Origin: Minisyncoccia bacterium
Lineage (GTDB): Bacteria > Patescibacteriota > Minisyncoccia > Phycocordibacterales > Phycocordibacteraceae
NCBI GenBank assembly: GCA_050011835.1
Contig: JBEKII010000002.1
Coordinates: forward strand, 8,086 to 72,085
DNA length: 64,000 nt
Direction of reading: 5' to 3'
Made by a program: the position numbers and the translations under genes
Notes under the pieces: model-generated
The model's input: the letters and a program-made list of their open reading frames with translations, nothing else
Told to the model about the DNA's origin: nothing
Databases searched by the model: none
Shown here: piece by piece, positions 1 to 9,471 of the stretch
Layout: each line of letters begins with the position of its first letter
How positions within the stretch are numbered: the stretch's first letter is position 1

Positions 1-1077
1 GAGGAAATCAAGGCGGGCAAATATAGCGGCATACTCACATGGGCACCGGATCGCATTTCTCGCAATGCAGGTGACTTGGGCAGAATCGTAGACCTGATGG
101 ATCAAGGCCGTCTGCACGATATTCGCACATACGGTCAGCGATTCACAAACAATCCGAATGAGAAGTTCTTGTTGATGATACTGGGGAGTCAGGCAAAATT
201 GGAGAACGACAACAAGCGCATCAACGTGAAGCGTGGATTACGCGCCAGAGTAGAGATGGGACTCTGGCCAGGAATAGCACCGACCGGATACTTGAACGAC
301 AGCCGGAAAGATCACAAATGTGAGATACTCGTCGATCCCATCCGCTCCCCCATCATCAGACAGGTCTTCGAGAAAATCGGCAACGAACGATGGAGCGGTC
401 GCAAGGTACACGCATGGCTCAAGTCGGACATCCGATTCATCTCTCGTTTTGGCAAAAGCATGAACCTGAGTACGCTATACAAAATGCTCAAGAATCCCTT
501 CTATTGCGGCGTCTTCGAATATCCGCGCGGCTCGGGAAATTGGTACACAGGAAAACATGCTCCGTTGATCACACAGGAATTATTTCAAGCGGTGCAGGAG
601 AAAATCGCTGAAGAGAATCGCCCCAAGACACGCTTCAAGGAATGGAACTTCACCAAACTCCTCCTCTGCGGATACTGTGGTTCCGGCATCACGGCGCAGG
701 AAAGAGCCAAAATATTGAGCACGGGCGAGCCCGTCTCCTATATCTATTATTCCTGCTCTCGCGCCAAGGACGTGAATTGCAAGAATCCGTATCTACGCGA
801 GGAGAAAGTGATCGAGCAACTCGCCGGTCTTATTGACCGCGTCTCCCTCGATGAAATCGGCGCGCGCCATCTCATTGAATGCGAGGTATCGCGATACAAC
901 AAGTTGCGGGCGGAAGTGGAAGGGAAAAGTGAAACAATCAAGGCGAAGGAGATGGATATTCGCAAGTACGCAAAGTATCTGCTGAAGAATGGATCGAGAG
1001 AGGAGAAACGCGAGTTGCTGGAACATCTGCGCGACCGCCTGATCTTAAATGACCGTATTATTACACCAGCTGATTAA
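1..1077 (+). CDS. Large serine recombinase / phage-type serine integrase. It is 5'-partial: the resolvase catalytic domain runs off the window start.
   Basis: In-frame translation from nt 1 gives [26 protein letters not shown], a resolvase-type catalytic-domain motif, continuous with the 76..1077 track ORF. Downstream are a recombinase domain, a Cys-rich zinc-ribbon region (CGYCGSG...YYSCS) and a coiled-coil C-terminus. Confidence 0.8.
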   Translation, partial: EEIKAGKYSGILTWAPDRISRNAGDLGRIVDLMDQGRLHDIRTYGQRFTNNPNEKFLLMILGSQAKLENDNKRINVKRGLRARVEMGLWPGIAPTGYLNDSRKDHKCEILVDPIRSPIIRQVFEKIGNERWSGRKVHAWLKSDIRFISRFGKSMNLSTLYKMLKNPFYCGVFEYPRGSGNWYTGKHAPLITQELFQAVQEKIAEENRPKTRFKEWNFTKLLLCGYCGSGITAQERAKILSTGEPVSYIYYSCSRAKDVNCKNPYLREEKVIEQLAGLIDRVSLDEIGARHLIECEVSRYNKLRAEVEGKSETIKAKEMDIRKYAKYLLKNGSREEKRELLEHLRDRLILNDRIITPAD

Positions 1078-1181
1078 CACAAAAGAGCGGCACTCGTTGC
1101 GCTTTTTTGTGCAGGAATGGCCCTAGCGGTTGCGAACTGAAATCTAGGCCTCGCGGTCTGAAAACCGCGTGCTGACCGCTG

Positions 1182-1252
1182 TGCGGATAGGGAGAATCGG
1201 ACTCCCGCCTCGTCCTTGGCAAGGACGCGTTCTACCACTAAACCATATCCGC
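1182..1252 (-). tRNA. tRNA-Gly (anticodon GCC), no encoded CCA
   Basis: The reverse complement folds as a cloverleaf: acceptor GCGGATA/TATCCGC, D-arm GGTTTAGTGGTAGAAC, anticodon stem CGTCC/GGACG with loop TTGCCAA, and T-arm GGGAG-TCCGATT-CTCCC. The 3' end faces the recombinase gene. Confidence 0.8.
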
Positions 1253-1311
1253 TTATTTCTCAATAATCTCATACACCTTTGCGATAAACAAGAACTTTCC
1301 CCTCCGTAATC

Positions 1312-2115
1312 TTATTCCGGCCGTTTGAAATAGAAATTTCGGGCGAGTATTTTCTTTAGTTTTTTCGCCTTTATTGAATTATTCTCAAGTATAAATCGAA
1401 TCTTGCCGGGTTTCCGGCAAATATTTACGATTTCCGGCAATATGTCCTTTATGCCCCGCCCCGATACATAGAGCTTGTTGATATGCTCGGCCATCCCCTT
1501 GGCAAGCCGTACCGTAATAATGAAAGAACCGAGTATAGTTATGTGGTCGGTTCTTCGAAAAAATCCAATGTTTCTCAGGTCTATTTGCAAATGCTGACCC
1601 TGATACTGCCTTTTAAATTCCACATCCGCAGGAGAATCCCCTCCTATTGTGAAGAATCCGTAGTGTTTTGTGTCAGAGAAATGCCGATAATAGGCATCTT
1701 CGCTTTGCTTTCGAGCCGGCACATATGCCCAAAAATTGTGAGGATTGTAGAAAAAGATTTCGCGAGTCGCAGTTAAGTTTTCCAACGGGAGCATAACTGT
1801 TTTCCAAAATGCGTCCAGATGTTCTACGGAAACGAATGTGTAGACAGCCCGCTCTTTGTTTGAAAGAAGCGGAGCTGGCGTGGAGCTTAACGTTTCTTGA
1901 ACGCGCCTTGCCCACTCCTGGTCAACGATAACTTGCTTCCCCGCTTTTAGAATCACTCCAGCGTCAATGAGTTTATGAACCGCCTTGTATACCGCCCGTA
2001 ACGACCAACTTTCTTCTTTGTTAAGTTCTGCATGAAGAGATTTAATGGTCATTCCCGTATTCGCAAGCGATTTTACGATTCGGTCTTCTAGGTTGTCCTT
2101 ATTGCTATACAGCAT
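1312..2115 (-). CDS. Hypothetical protein with an N-terminal winged-helix-like segment, in an AT-rich region
   Basis: 267-aa ORF. The N-terminus (IKSLHAELNKE...AVYKAVHKLIDAGVIL) resembles a wHTH DNA-binding fold. No recognisable catalytic motifs. It has a divergent AT-rich promoter region shared with the 2242 ORF. Confidence 0.5.
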   Translation of the reverse strand: MLYSNKDNLEDRIVKSLANTGMTIKSLHAELNKEESWSLRAVYKAVHKLIDAGVILKAGKQVIVDQEWARRVQETLSSTPAPLLSNKERAVYTFVSVEHLDAFWKTVMLPLENLTATREIFFYNPHNFWAYVPARKQSEDAYYRHFSDTKHYGFFTIGGDSPADVEFKRQYQGQHLQIDLRNIGFFRRTDHITILGSFIITVRLAKGMAEHINKLYVSGRGIKDILPEIVNICRKPGKIRFILENNSIKAKKLKKILARNFYFKRPE

Positions 2116-2241
2116 GCTTTTAAAATATCATTTTTGAATAAAAAGTACAAATTTGTGATAAAAATGCTACGTTTTTTGCATCTATTTAGCTATTTTTAAT
2201 ATATTGCTCCTGGAATAAAATAAAAGAATAGGGAGGTTGCT

Positions 2242-2448
2242 ATGCCACCAAGTGGTTGGGACGAGAAGACCAAGTGGTTTTTACTTGGTTTCGTGCGGGG
2301 TAACTATAAAAATTTGTTGGACACCGTTCGCTCCGGTAAATTCAAAACTTACGAAGAGGCGATTGAATACGAAATCGCGCAAACCGGAAAGGCGATGGAC
2401 AGCATGCATATCAATAAGAAAGGGCGACTTGTCAACCGTAGGCACTAA
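2242..2448 (+). CDS. Small hypothetical protein (68 aa)
   Basis: A strong SD (GGGAGG) lies 7 nt upstream of the ATG, and the ORF is followed directly by an intrinsic terminator. No homology recognised. Confidence 0.45.
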   Translation: MPPSGWDEKTKWFLLGFVRGNYKNLLDTVRSGKFKTYEEAIEYEIAQTGKAMDSMHINKKGRLVNRRH

Positions 2449-2458
2449 CATACCCTTT

Positions 2459-2487
2459 GGGGCGGCCAAATTGCCGCCCCCCTTTTT
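2459..2487 (+). terminator. Rho-independent terminator
   Basis: GGGGCGGCC-aaatt-GCCGCCCCCC stem-loop followed by TTTTT. Confidence 0.6.
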
Positions 2488-2489
2488 AG

Positions 2490-2561
2490 TGCCCCGACCA
2501 GGATTTGAACCCAGAATTCGACGTCCGAAGCGTCGCGTGATATCCATTTCACCATCGGGGC
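2490..2561 (-). tRNA. tRNA-Arg (anticodon TCG), no encoded CCA
   Basis: Reverse complement: acceptor GCCCCGA/TCGGGGC, D-arm GTGAAATGGATATCAC, anticodon stem CGACG/CGTCG with loop CTTCGGA, T-arm CTGGG-TTCAAAT-CCTGG, discriminator A. Confidence 0.8.
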
Positions 2562-2602
2562 GTGCCTTTATTCTACGTTAAGAATGACAAAAAACCAGCT
2601 GT

Positions 2603-4084
2603 GTGTGGTACGATTTGCCGATGGAGTATCGGATTCCAAAAGAGGTTTCCACGGTTTCTGAAGGATTGCGAAAAGCCGGTTTCGAGGCTTATCTTGTCGG
2701 AGGATGTGTTCGCGATCTTCTTGTCGGGAAAGAACCGAAGGATTGGGACATAACCACCAACGCGACACCTGATCAAATCCAGGCCGTATTTCCTGACTCT
2801 TTTTACGAAAACGATTACGGCACCGTTGGCGTAAAGACGGGCAGTACCGATGAACGGCTTGCCATCATAGAAGTGACTCCTTATCGTATTGAATCGATAT
2901 ATTCCGATAAGCGCCGGCCGGATAAGGTAAAATTCGGCACTTCCCTTCTGGAGGACCTTGCACGTCGTGACTTCACCATAAACGCCGTTGCTCTGGATGA
3001 TTCTAAAGGACAAATTATTGATCCATATGATGGTCAAAAGGACATAAAGGACAAAATAGTGCGCGCCGTTGGTAATGCGCGGGAACGCTTTGATGAAGAT
3101 GCTTTGCGTATGTTGCGCGCCGTTCGTCTAGTTGCAGAACTTGGCTTCGGCATAGACGGCGATACCGCTACTGCGATAAACGAAAATAGCAAGCATTTAA
3201 AACACATTTCATGTGAAAGGATTAGGGATGAATTCGTGAGAATACTAAATTCAAGCCAGCCGATGAATGCGCTTGTCTTGGCGCAACGACTCGGTATTTT
3301 GAAATTCATTACTCCAGAACTCGTTTACTCTGTTGGCGTTGAACAAAATCAAGCCCATAGTTACGACGTTTTTGAGCACATTGTACGCAGCGTACAACAC
3401 GCTGCCGATAAAAATTTTAACCTAGAAGTACGCCTAGCTTGTTTATTTCATGACATATCAAAAACAGAAACACGTCGCCGTTCAGATAAAAAAGATGACT
3501 GGAGCTTCCACGGGCATGAGGTGGTTGGTTCACGTGTAACAGGGAAAATTCTTGAAAATTTGCGCTTTCCACGCGAAACGATAGATAAAGTCGTAAAGCT
3601 TGTTCGTTGGCATATGTTCTTTTCGGATCCGGAGCAGATTACCCTCTCCGCCGTGCGTCGAATGATAAAGAACGTCGGCGAAGAGAACATCTGGGATTTG
3701 CTCAATCTTCGTATCTGTGACCGTATCGGGACCGGCAGGCCTAAGGAACAGCCATTTCGATTTCGTAAGTATAAGGCAATGGTTGAACAGGCACTTCGCG
3801 ACCCAATTTCCGTTTCTATGCTTAAAACAAACGGCGACCATATTATAGAGAAGTTCCATGAGAAACCAGGACCGAGGATCGGTCTCGTTTTGAACGCTCT
3901 TCTTGAAGAAGTTCTTGATGAGTCGGATTTAAATACCGCTGAATATCTTGACAAAAGAACTGACGAGCTTCTTAAAATGCCTGAAAATGAGCTACAAAAG
4001 TTAGGAGAAGCTGGGAAACTACGTCGTGAGGCCGCAGAAGATGAGGAAGTAAAGCATATAATGGAGAAGCATCACGTAAATTAG
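2603..4084 (+). CDS. cca: CCA-adding tRNA nucleotidyltransferase with C-terminal HD domain
   Basis: N-terminal GFEAYLVGGCVRDLLVG...DWDITT polymerase-beta nucleotidyltransferase motif, then an HD-domain region (HSYDVFEH...LFHDISK). The true start may be the second Met (MEYRIPKEV, nt 2621). Confidence 0.85.
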   Translation: MWYDLPMEYRIPKEVSTVSEGLRKAGFEAYLVGGCVRDLLVGKEPKDWDITTNATPDQIQAVFPDSFYENDYGTVGVKTGSTDERLAIIEVTPYRIESIYSDKRRPDKVKFGTSLLEDLARRDFTINAVALDDSKGQIIDPYDGQKDIKDKIVRAVGNARERFDEDALRMLRAVRLVAELGFGIDGDTATAINENSKHLKHISCERIRDEFVRILNSSQPMNALVLAQRLGILKFITPELVYSVGVEQNQAHSYDVFEHIVRSVQHAADKNFNLEVRLACLFHDISKTETRRRSDKKDDWSFHGHEVVGSRVTGKILENLRFPRETIDKVVKLVRWHMFFSDPEQITLSAVRRMIKNVGEENIWDLLNLRICDRIGTGRPKEQPFRFRKYKAMVEQALRDPISVSMLKTNGDHIIEKFHEKPGPRIGLVLNALLEEVLDESDLNTAEYLDKRTDELLKMPENELQKLGEAGKLRREAAEDEEVKHIMEKHHVN

Positions 4085-4451
4085 TTATATGTGAAATTGT
4101 CTCACGCGAAACAAAAAACCACCCAAGTGATGGCCAGAAGTAAAAATAAGGAGTGAGGCGTAAATGAAATGGTGCTTCCAGCCCGAGAAAATTGGGCGGT
4201 TCTTGTTTTTTGGTGCTTTCGCTTGTTCTCGTGCCCAATAGCTTAATGCGAATCGTCGCAGGCGCAGGCAGAAACTCTTGCGATAGCGCTCTGATGCTTG
4301 GAAAGATCAAGAAAGAACAACCGCCGGAAGCAATTCCTCATCATCGAAGTAGCGAATCACCTCCTCTAAGGCGAAGCTTAGCCCGATAAAGGACATTGTA
4401 AAGGATACCCTGTGGACAACTTGTCCCGAGTAAGTCGAAGGGTAATGTCCT

Positions 4452-5231
4452 TTATAGAGTTATACTGATAGGGCAGTGGTCGGAGCCGTAGATGTCTGAA
4501 TGGATTTCAGCTTTCTTGATGTGCTTCATAAATTCCTGTGCGATAAAAAAATAATCGATGCGCCAACCGTCATTTCGGTCGCGCGCGTGAGTAAATAAAT
4601 CCCAGTAGGAATAAGCATCTTTCGTATGAGAATGAAAATGGCGGAAGGAGTCAACGTAACCGGCGCTCACGACTTCATCAATCCATGCACGTTCTTGCGG
4701 CAAAAAGCCAGTATTTTCCTCATTTTCTTTCGGCCGCGCGAGGTCCATCTCTTCATGAGCGGTGTTCACATCGCCGCAAAAAATAATTGGTTTCTGTTTC
4801 CGTAATTTCTCTGCGAAGGCGAGAAAAGCATCATAGAAACGCATTTTATAATCCAGTCGTTCAGGACCTTGGCCGCCATTGGGAAAGTAGGCATTCAAGA
4901 GCCAAAAATCTTCATATTCTGCTCCGATGAAGCGTCCTTCTTGGTCAAACTCCTTTTCTCCCATACCGTAAATAACCGACAACGGCTCAATCTTTGAGTA
5001 AATGGCAACGCCACTGTAACCCTTTTTCACTTGCGAGGATGAAAAAAAAGAAGAAAAGCCGGCAACATCGCGCAACTCATCTGGCACTTGTTCTGGGCTC
5101 GCCTTGGTTTCTTGCAGACAGAAAATATCGGGTTTCGTACCTCTCAAAAATGATTCCCAATAGCCATTTTTTGCGAGCGACCGCAATCCGTTCACATTCC
5201 ACGAGACAATTTTCATACAGTCATTGTACAT
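4452..5231 (-). CDS. xth: Exodeoxyribonuclease III / AP endonuclease
   Basis: The canonical MKIVSWNVNGLR start is present, along with CLQETK, the NTAHEEMD motif and a C-terminal SDHCP. The first Met of the track ORF is probably 5 codons too early. Confidence 0.85.
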   Translation of the reverse strand: MYNDCMKIVSWNVNGLRSLAKNGYWESFLRGTKPDIFCLQETKASPEQVPDELRDVAGFSSFFSSSQVKKGYSGVAIYSKIEPLSVIYGMGEKEFDQEGRFIGAEYEDFWLLNAYFPNGGQGPERLDYKMRFYDAFLAFAEKLRKQKPIIFCGDVNTAHEEMDLARPKENEENTGFLPQERAWIDEVVSAGYVDSFRHFHSHTKDAYSYWDLFTHARDRNDGWRIDYFFIAQEFMKHIKKAEIHSDIYGSDHCPISITL

Positions 5232-5264
5232 CTCATTTATGGTATACGTATAATAATTTTAAAT

Positions 5265-5927
5265 ATGAAACCGATCGTTTGTATATTTGCTCATCCGGAC
5301 GATGAGGCGTTTGGACCTGGGGGAACTATCGCAAAACTCGCACGTACTCGCGAGGTCTACATTATCTGCGCAACGAAAGGGGAGACGGGCGGACATCGAG
5401 GGAAGGGAGAAGAAAAAAGTATGGGAAGGATACGAGCCAAGGAATTGCGCCGGTCGGCCAAGACTCTCGGAGTGAAGAGAGTATTTTTCTTAGGATTCTT
5501 AGATGGAACGCTTTGCAATAATCTGTATCACCACATTGCTCGGAAAGCGGGAAATATTCTTAAAAAATTAAAGCCGGATACCATCCTTTCTTATGAACCG
5601 CGCGGTGTTTCGGGCCACACTGACCACGTAACAATAGCGATGGTTTCCAGTTATTTGTTTGGGCGGTTGCCATTCATTAAAAAGCACATGCAATTTTGTG
5701 TGCGCGATACTCCCGAACGGAGAAAAGAAAAATACTTTATTTACCGGCCGCCGGGCTATAAAAAATCGGAGATAGATTTCGTATCCGATGTACGGGACGT
5801 TTGGGATACGAAAGTGCAAGCAATAGCACAGCACACATCGCAGGTTTATGACATTAAAAGGATTTTGAAGAGGTATAAAAAATTTCCCAAGGTGGAAAAC
5901 TTCTTGGTGCGGATGAAGAAGAACTAA
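5265..5927 (+). CDS. PIG-L/LmbE-family N-acetylglucosaminyl deacetylase
   Basis: AHPDDE metal-binding motif at the N-terminus, with a conserved HxDH later (SGHTDHV). Confidence 0.75.
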   Translation: MKPIVCIFAHPDDEAFGPGGTIAKLARTREVYIICATKGETGGHRGKGEEKSMGRIRAKELRRSAKTLGVKRVFFLGFLDGTLCNNLYHHIARKAGNILKKLKPDTILSYEPRGVSGHTDHVTIAMVSSYLFGRLPFIKKHMQFCVRDTPERRKEKYFIYRPPGYKKSEIDFVSDVRDVWDTKVQAIAQHTSQVYDIKRILKRYKKFPKVENFLVRMKKN

Positions 5928-6823
5928 TTACGACTTCTGTCGTGATACTTTTTGTGTACTTCGCGTAGATGCGCGTCAGTGATATGCGTATAAATTTGAG
6001 TTGTGTTGATGGAGGCGTGGCCGAGGAGCTGTTGGACAGAGCGAATGTCGGCGCCATTGTTAAGAAGATCGGTGGCGAAGACGTGCCGCAAGACATGCGG
6101 TGTCATTTTTTTCGTAATGCCGGCTTTGATAGCGCACTTTTTAATAATCCGTTCAACGGAACGGGGCGTGAGACGCGAAGGAATTTCTTTGCCAGCTCTC
6201 ACGTTGACGAAGAGCGCATCGGCCATATCTTTCCGCGCCTTGAGATATGCCGCAACGGCACTTTTGGCGGCGCTTGAGAGGAAGACCACGCGCACCTTCT
6301 CGCCCTTGCCGCGCACGGAGAAAGAGTCTTGCGAGAGGTCAAGGTCATTATTGAGCGAGCAGAGCTCGGAAACGCGAAGTCCGGTGGAGAAGAAGAGCTC
6401 AAGAATCGCCCGGTCGCGTATGTCTTTTTCTTCAGTTCCATCGGCAGCTTGCATAAGGCGTCCAAGTTCGGCGGGGGTGATGAGGTCCAATTCACGCTCC
6501 GGCAGTTTCGCGAGTTCAATGCGTTCGGGCGATACACATTCAATCTCACGCTTTCGCAGGAATTTAAGGAATGCGCGAAGCGCGATCATATAGTAATTCT
6601 GGGTGCGGCGCTTCATTGAAGCATTATTCGTGCCGGGTTGGCGGTTCAGCCACAGGCGAAACTCACGGATATTCAGTTCGTTGATGTCGCTGACCCTTTT
6701 TATGCCCATCTGTACGAAGTAACGTGTGAGATATTGATTATAATTTTCAACCGTCTTCACCGCGCGCCCGCGCTCAATCTCAATATATTCAAGGAATTGC
6801 CGCTTCGCCGTCTCTGCTTCCAT
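5924..6823 (-). CDS. Tyrosine site-specific recombinase, XerC/XerD type
   Basis: N-terminal SAM-like core-binding domain, and a C-terminal catalytic R...HxxR...Y pattern (LRHVFATDLL...GHASINTTQIYTH). Confidence 0.85.
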   Translation of the reverse strand: MEAETAKRQFLEYIEIERGRAVKTVENYNQYLTRYFVQMGIKRVSDINELNIREFRLWLNRQPGTNNASMKRRTQNYYMIALRAFLKFLRKREIECVSPERIELAKLPERELDLITPAELGRLMQAADGTEEKDIRDRAILELFFSTGLRVSELCSLNNDLDLSQDSFSVRGKGEKVRVVFLSSAAKSAVAAYLKARKDMADALFVNVRAGKEIPSRLTPRSVERIIKKCAIKAGITKKMTPHVLRHVFATDLLNNGADIRSVQQLLGHASINTTQIYTHITDAHLREVHKKYHDRSRN

Positions 6824-6896
6824 CGCTTCATTTTAGCATCAATATTGTGCGACACTGTTGCATAATTATGCCAAGCGTGGTAAGGTAGCGATATCC

Positions 6897-7163
6897 ATGC
6901 TTACCACTAGGAAAAAGGCAGCGGTTATAAAAAAAACCGCCCGGCACGACACGGACACCGGTTCGCCGGATGTTCAGGTTGCGCTTCTTTCCAAGCAGAT
7001 TGACGAGCTTGCCAGGCACCTTAAGAAAAACCCGAAGGATTTTCATTCCCGCCGCGGACTTCTCCAGATGGTTGCCAATCGCCGTTCGCATTTGCATTAT
7101 CTTGAAACTTCAGACAAGCGTCGCTACAACACGCTTATCAAAAAACTTGGCTTGAAAAAATAG
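6897..7163 (+). CDS. rpsO: 30S ribosomal protein S15
   Basis: ALLSKQIDELARHLKKNPKDFHSRRGLLQMVANRRSHLHYL is a diagnostic S15 sequence. The start was placed at the internal Met (MLTTRKK) of the longer track ORF. Confidence 0.9.
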   Translation: MLTTRKKAAVIKKTARHDTDTGSPDVQVALLSKQIDELARHLKKNPKDFHSRRGLLQMVANRRSHLHYLETSDKRRYNTLIKKLGLKK

Positions 7164-7237
7164 TTTTTCTAAGTGGTAGTATGGAGAAGTAGCTTTCGCT
7201 ACATTTTATTATCTTGTTTACATAAGTATTTATTTTT

Positions 7238-7753
7238 ATGGCAGTTATCAAACATCCGGCGCAACGCGTGGGGGTTTTTATTGACACTCAAAATCTCTAT
7301 CACAGCGCCAAGCATCTATATAAAGCACGCGTGAACTTCGGTAAAGTTCTTGAAGAAGCCGTGGGCGGCCGTATTCTCGTGCGCGCTATCGCCTATGTCA
7401 TCTCAACGGAGACCGGCGAAGAGAAAAATTTCTTTGAGGCGCTCACGAAGATGGGTATTGAAACGAAGGTAAAGGATTTACAGGTCTTCGCTGACGGCGT
7501 GAAGAAAGCCGACTGGGACGTTGGTTTGGCGATTGATGCGGTGAAACTTGCTCCCAAACTGGACACCGTCATCCTCGCCACCGGCGACGGCGATTTCGTG
7601 CCGCTTATTCAATATCTTGATATGAACGAGGGATGCCAAGTGGAAATCATTTCGTTCGGGAAATCCTCGTCAAGCAAACTCAAGGAGGCAGCGCATGCAT
7701 TTACCGATATGTGCGATGACCCGCACAAGTTTACTATTTCTTCGCGCGGATAA
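7238..7753 (+). CDS. NYN-domain (LabA/DUF88-like, PIN-fold) protein, a predicted RNase
   Basis: VFIDTQNLYHSA...ILATGDGDFVPL pattern: N-terminal acidic Asp plus a GDGDF motif, typical of NYN/LabA proteins. Confidence 0.7.
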   Translation: MAVIKHPAQRVGVFIDTQNLYHSAKHLYKARVNFGKVLEEAVGGRILVRAIAYVISTETGEEKNFFEALTKMGIETKVKDLQVFADGVKKADWDVGLAIDAVKLAPKLDTVILATGDGDFVPLIQYLDMNEGCQVEIISFGKSSSSKLKEAAHAFTDMCDDPHKFTISSRG

Positions 7754-7794
7754 CACATTTTATATCGCGCGAGATGCGCTACTATAGATGGTGA

Positions 7795-9039
7795 ATGGAT
7801 ACGAATGTAACAACGCCACAATCTGCGGCGCCTGCCGCTCCTCCTTTGCCAGAGGCTATGGAAGAACGCGGTGAACAGCCGAAAAGATATATTCGCACGT
7901 TCGCGGGCGATATGGCGATTTTGAAAAGCGGCGGCGTTCCCGATCTTGTCCCGCTCAAGGAATCGAAACCCTCGCCTATCGAGCGGCTCGTTGCGCCCTC
8001 ACCGATAGCATCTCCGATGACGAGCGAGCCAATCCCAGTTCCGGAGCCAGTGCCATCGCCTGTTCTACAACCGATTCAGCCCCCCGAGCCGATCGCTGTG
8101 TCGCCGATTGAAACGTACGCAAGCGATTTCTCCGAAAAAATGAAGAAGGAGGATGCGTCAACGGCAACGGTGCTCGCCGCCGAACAAGATGCGACATCGC
8201 AAAGGAGTCAACCGAAGCAAAGTTCTTCACGCGGCAACCTTCTATATGTTTTAGCCGGTTTGATACTTCTTATTGCAGGCGGCTGTGGCGCGTACATCGC
8301 TTATCTGCGCTACTCAACTTCGCTCGCGCCAGTCACACTCACTCCAACCGTTTCTGCGCCGATTTTTGTTGACGAACGCGAACAGATTTCCGGCACAGGC
8401 GTTGTTTTATTTCAGGCAATTGAACAGTCAATAAGCCGTCCACTCGCTTCCGGAGCGGTACGACTCCTCTACACCGAAGGCGCAACGACCACGGACAACA
8501 GCATCTTTTCTGCGCTCCAAACATCAGCGCCTGGCATTCTTCTCCGTAATGTAAACGCCGAAGGCAGTATGGCGGGGATTATAAATGTTGGCGGCACTCA
8601 AAGCCCGTTTTTCATACTTTCCGTCGCTTCGTATAGCGATACTTTTTCCGGCATGCTCTCGTGGGAGCCGCTAATGCCAAATGATCTCGCGGCGCTTTTC
8701 CCACCGTATCCGACGCCGATTTCAAATGTTTCAATAGCGACTTCAACTTCCGCGACTATGACAACAAAAACCGTAACAAAAACTATTAAAAAGACCACGA
8801 CGAGGACCGTGGCGAAAATCGCGACCACTACCGTGGCGATACCACCTGCTCCTGTGTTTATTGCCGGCTTTTATGATGAAGTCGTCAATAATCATGATGT
8901 GCGCGTTTATCGCGATGCCGAGAACCGAAGCGTTCTTCTTTACGGCTACTGGAATCAGACAACGCTTATTATCGCGCGCGACTCGGTAGCGTTTGCTGAA
9001 ATACTACAGCGGCTTGCAACCTCGCATACGCAGCAATAA
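7795..9039 (+). CDS. Proline-rich membrane-anchored hypothetical protein
   Basis: Pro-rich N-terminal region (PIPVPEPVPSPVLQPIQPPEP), a single TM helix (LLYVLAGLILLIAGGCGAYIAYL), then a large Thr/Ala-rich domain. Confidence 0.5.
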   Translation: MDTNVTTPQSAAPAAPPLPEAMEERGEQPKRYIRTFAGDMAILKSGGVPDLVPLKESKPSPIERLVAPSPIASPMTSEPIPVPEPVPSPVLQPIQPPEPIAVSPIETYASDFSEKMKKEDASTATVLAAEQDATSQRSQPKQSSSRGNLLYVLAGLILLIAGGCGAYIAYLRYSTSLAPVTLTPTVSAPIFVDEREQISGTGVVLFQAIEQSISRPLASGAVRLLYTEGATTTDNSIFSALQTSAPGILLRNVNAEGSMAGIINVGGTQSPFFILSVASYSDTFSGMLSWEPLMPNDLAALFPPYPTPISNVSIATSTSATMTTKTVTKTIKKTTTRTVAKIATTTVAIPPAPVFIAGFYDEVVNNHDVRVYRDAENRSVLLYGYWNQTTLIIARDSVAFAEILQRLATSHTQQ

Positions 9040-9084
9040 TCGCCCGGCAGGTGATTCTTCTGAATCATCTGCTATCATCTCTGA

Positions 9085-9432
9085 ATGAAAATTGAACATT
9101 TTAGGAAAAAACTGGAAGAAGCGAAAATGAAGTTGGAATCCGAAATGGGAAATATCGGCCGCCGGAATCCAATGGTCCCGGATGACTGGGAGCCTGTACC
9201 TCTGGAGACAAGTGCGGAATCGGATCCTGTTGACCAGGCAGATGTCATCATGAATCAGGAAAATGACGCGGCAATTCTCGCCGACCTTGAAGCGCGATAT
9301 GACGGCATTCTCGCCGCACTTCTAAGGATTGAGAAGAAAACATATGGGAAATGCGAAGTGTGCGGCGAGATTATCGGAGAGACGCGCCTTGAAGCCGATC
9401 CCGCCGCGACAACGTGCGTTAAGCATTTGTAA
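9085..9432 (+). CDS. DksA/TraR-family C4 zinc-finger protein
   Basis: A coiled-coil N-terminal half, then a C-terminal CxxC...C zinc finger (GKCEVCGEIIGETRLEADPAATTCVKH). Confidence 0.75.
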   Translation: MKIEHFRKKLEEAKMKLESEMGNIGRRNPMVPDDWEPVPLETSAESDPVDQADVIMNQENDAAILADLEARYDGILAALLRIEKKTYGKCEVCGEIIGETRLEADPAATTCVKHL

Positions 9433-9471
9433 TGTCAACTTTCGCGACGCTGCAAGGGAAAACGCAATTAG

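Noticed and set aside
4085-4451. Possible small ORF (25 aa, MKWCFQPEKIGRF...) and 12-bp inverted repeat (ATAAAGGACATT/AATGTCCTTTAT) between cca and xth
   Set aside because: Most simply explained as a bidirectional terminator region for the convergent cca and xth genes. The ORF is too short and unsupported.
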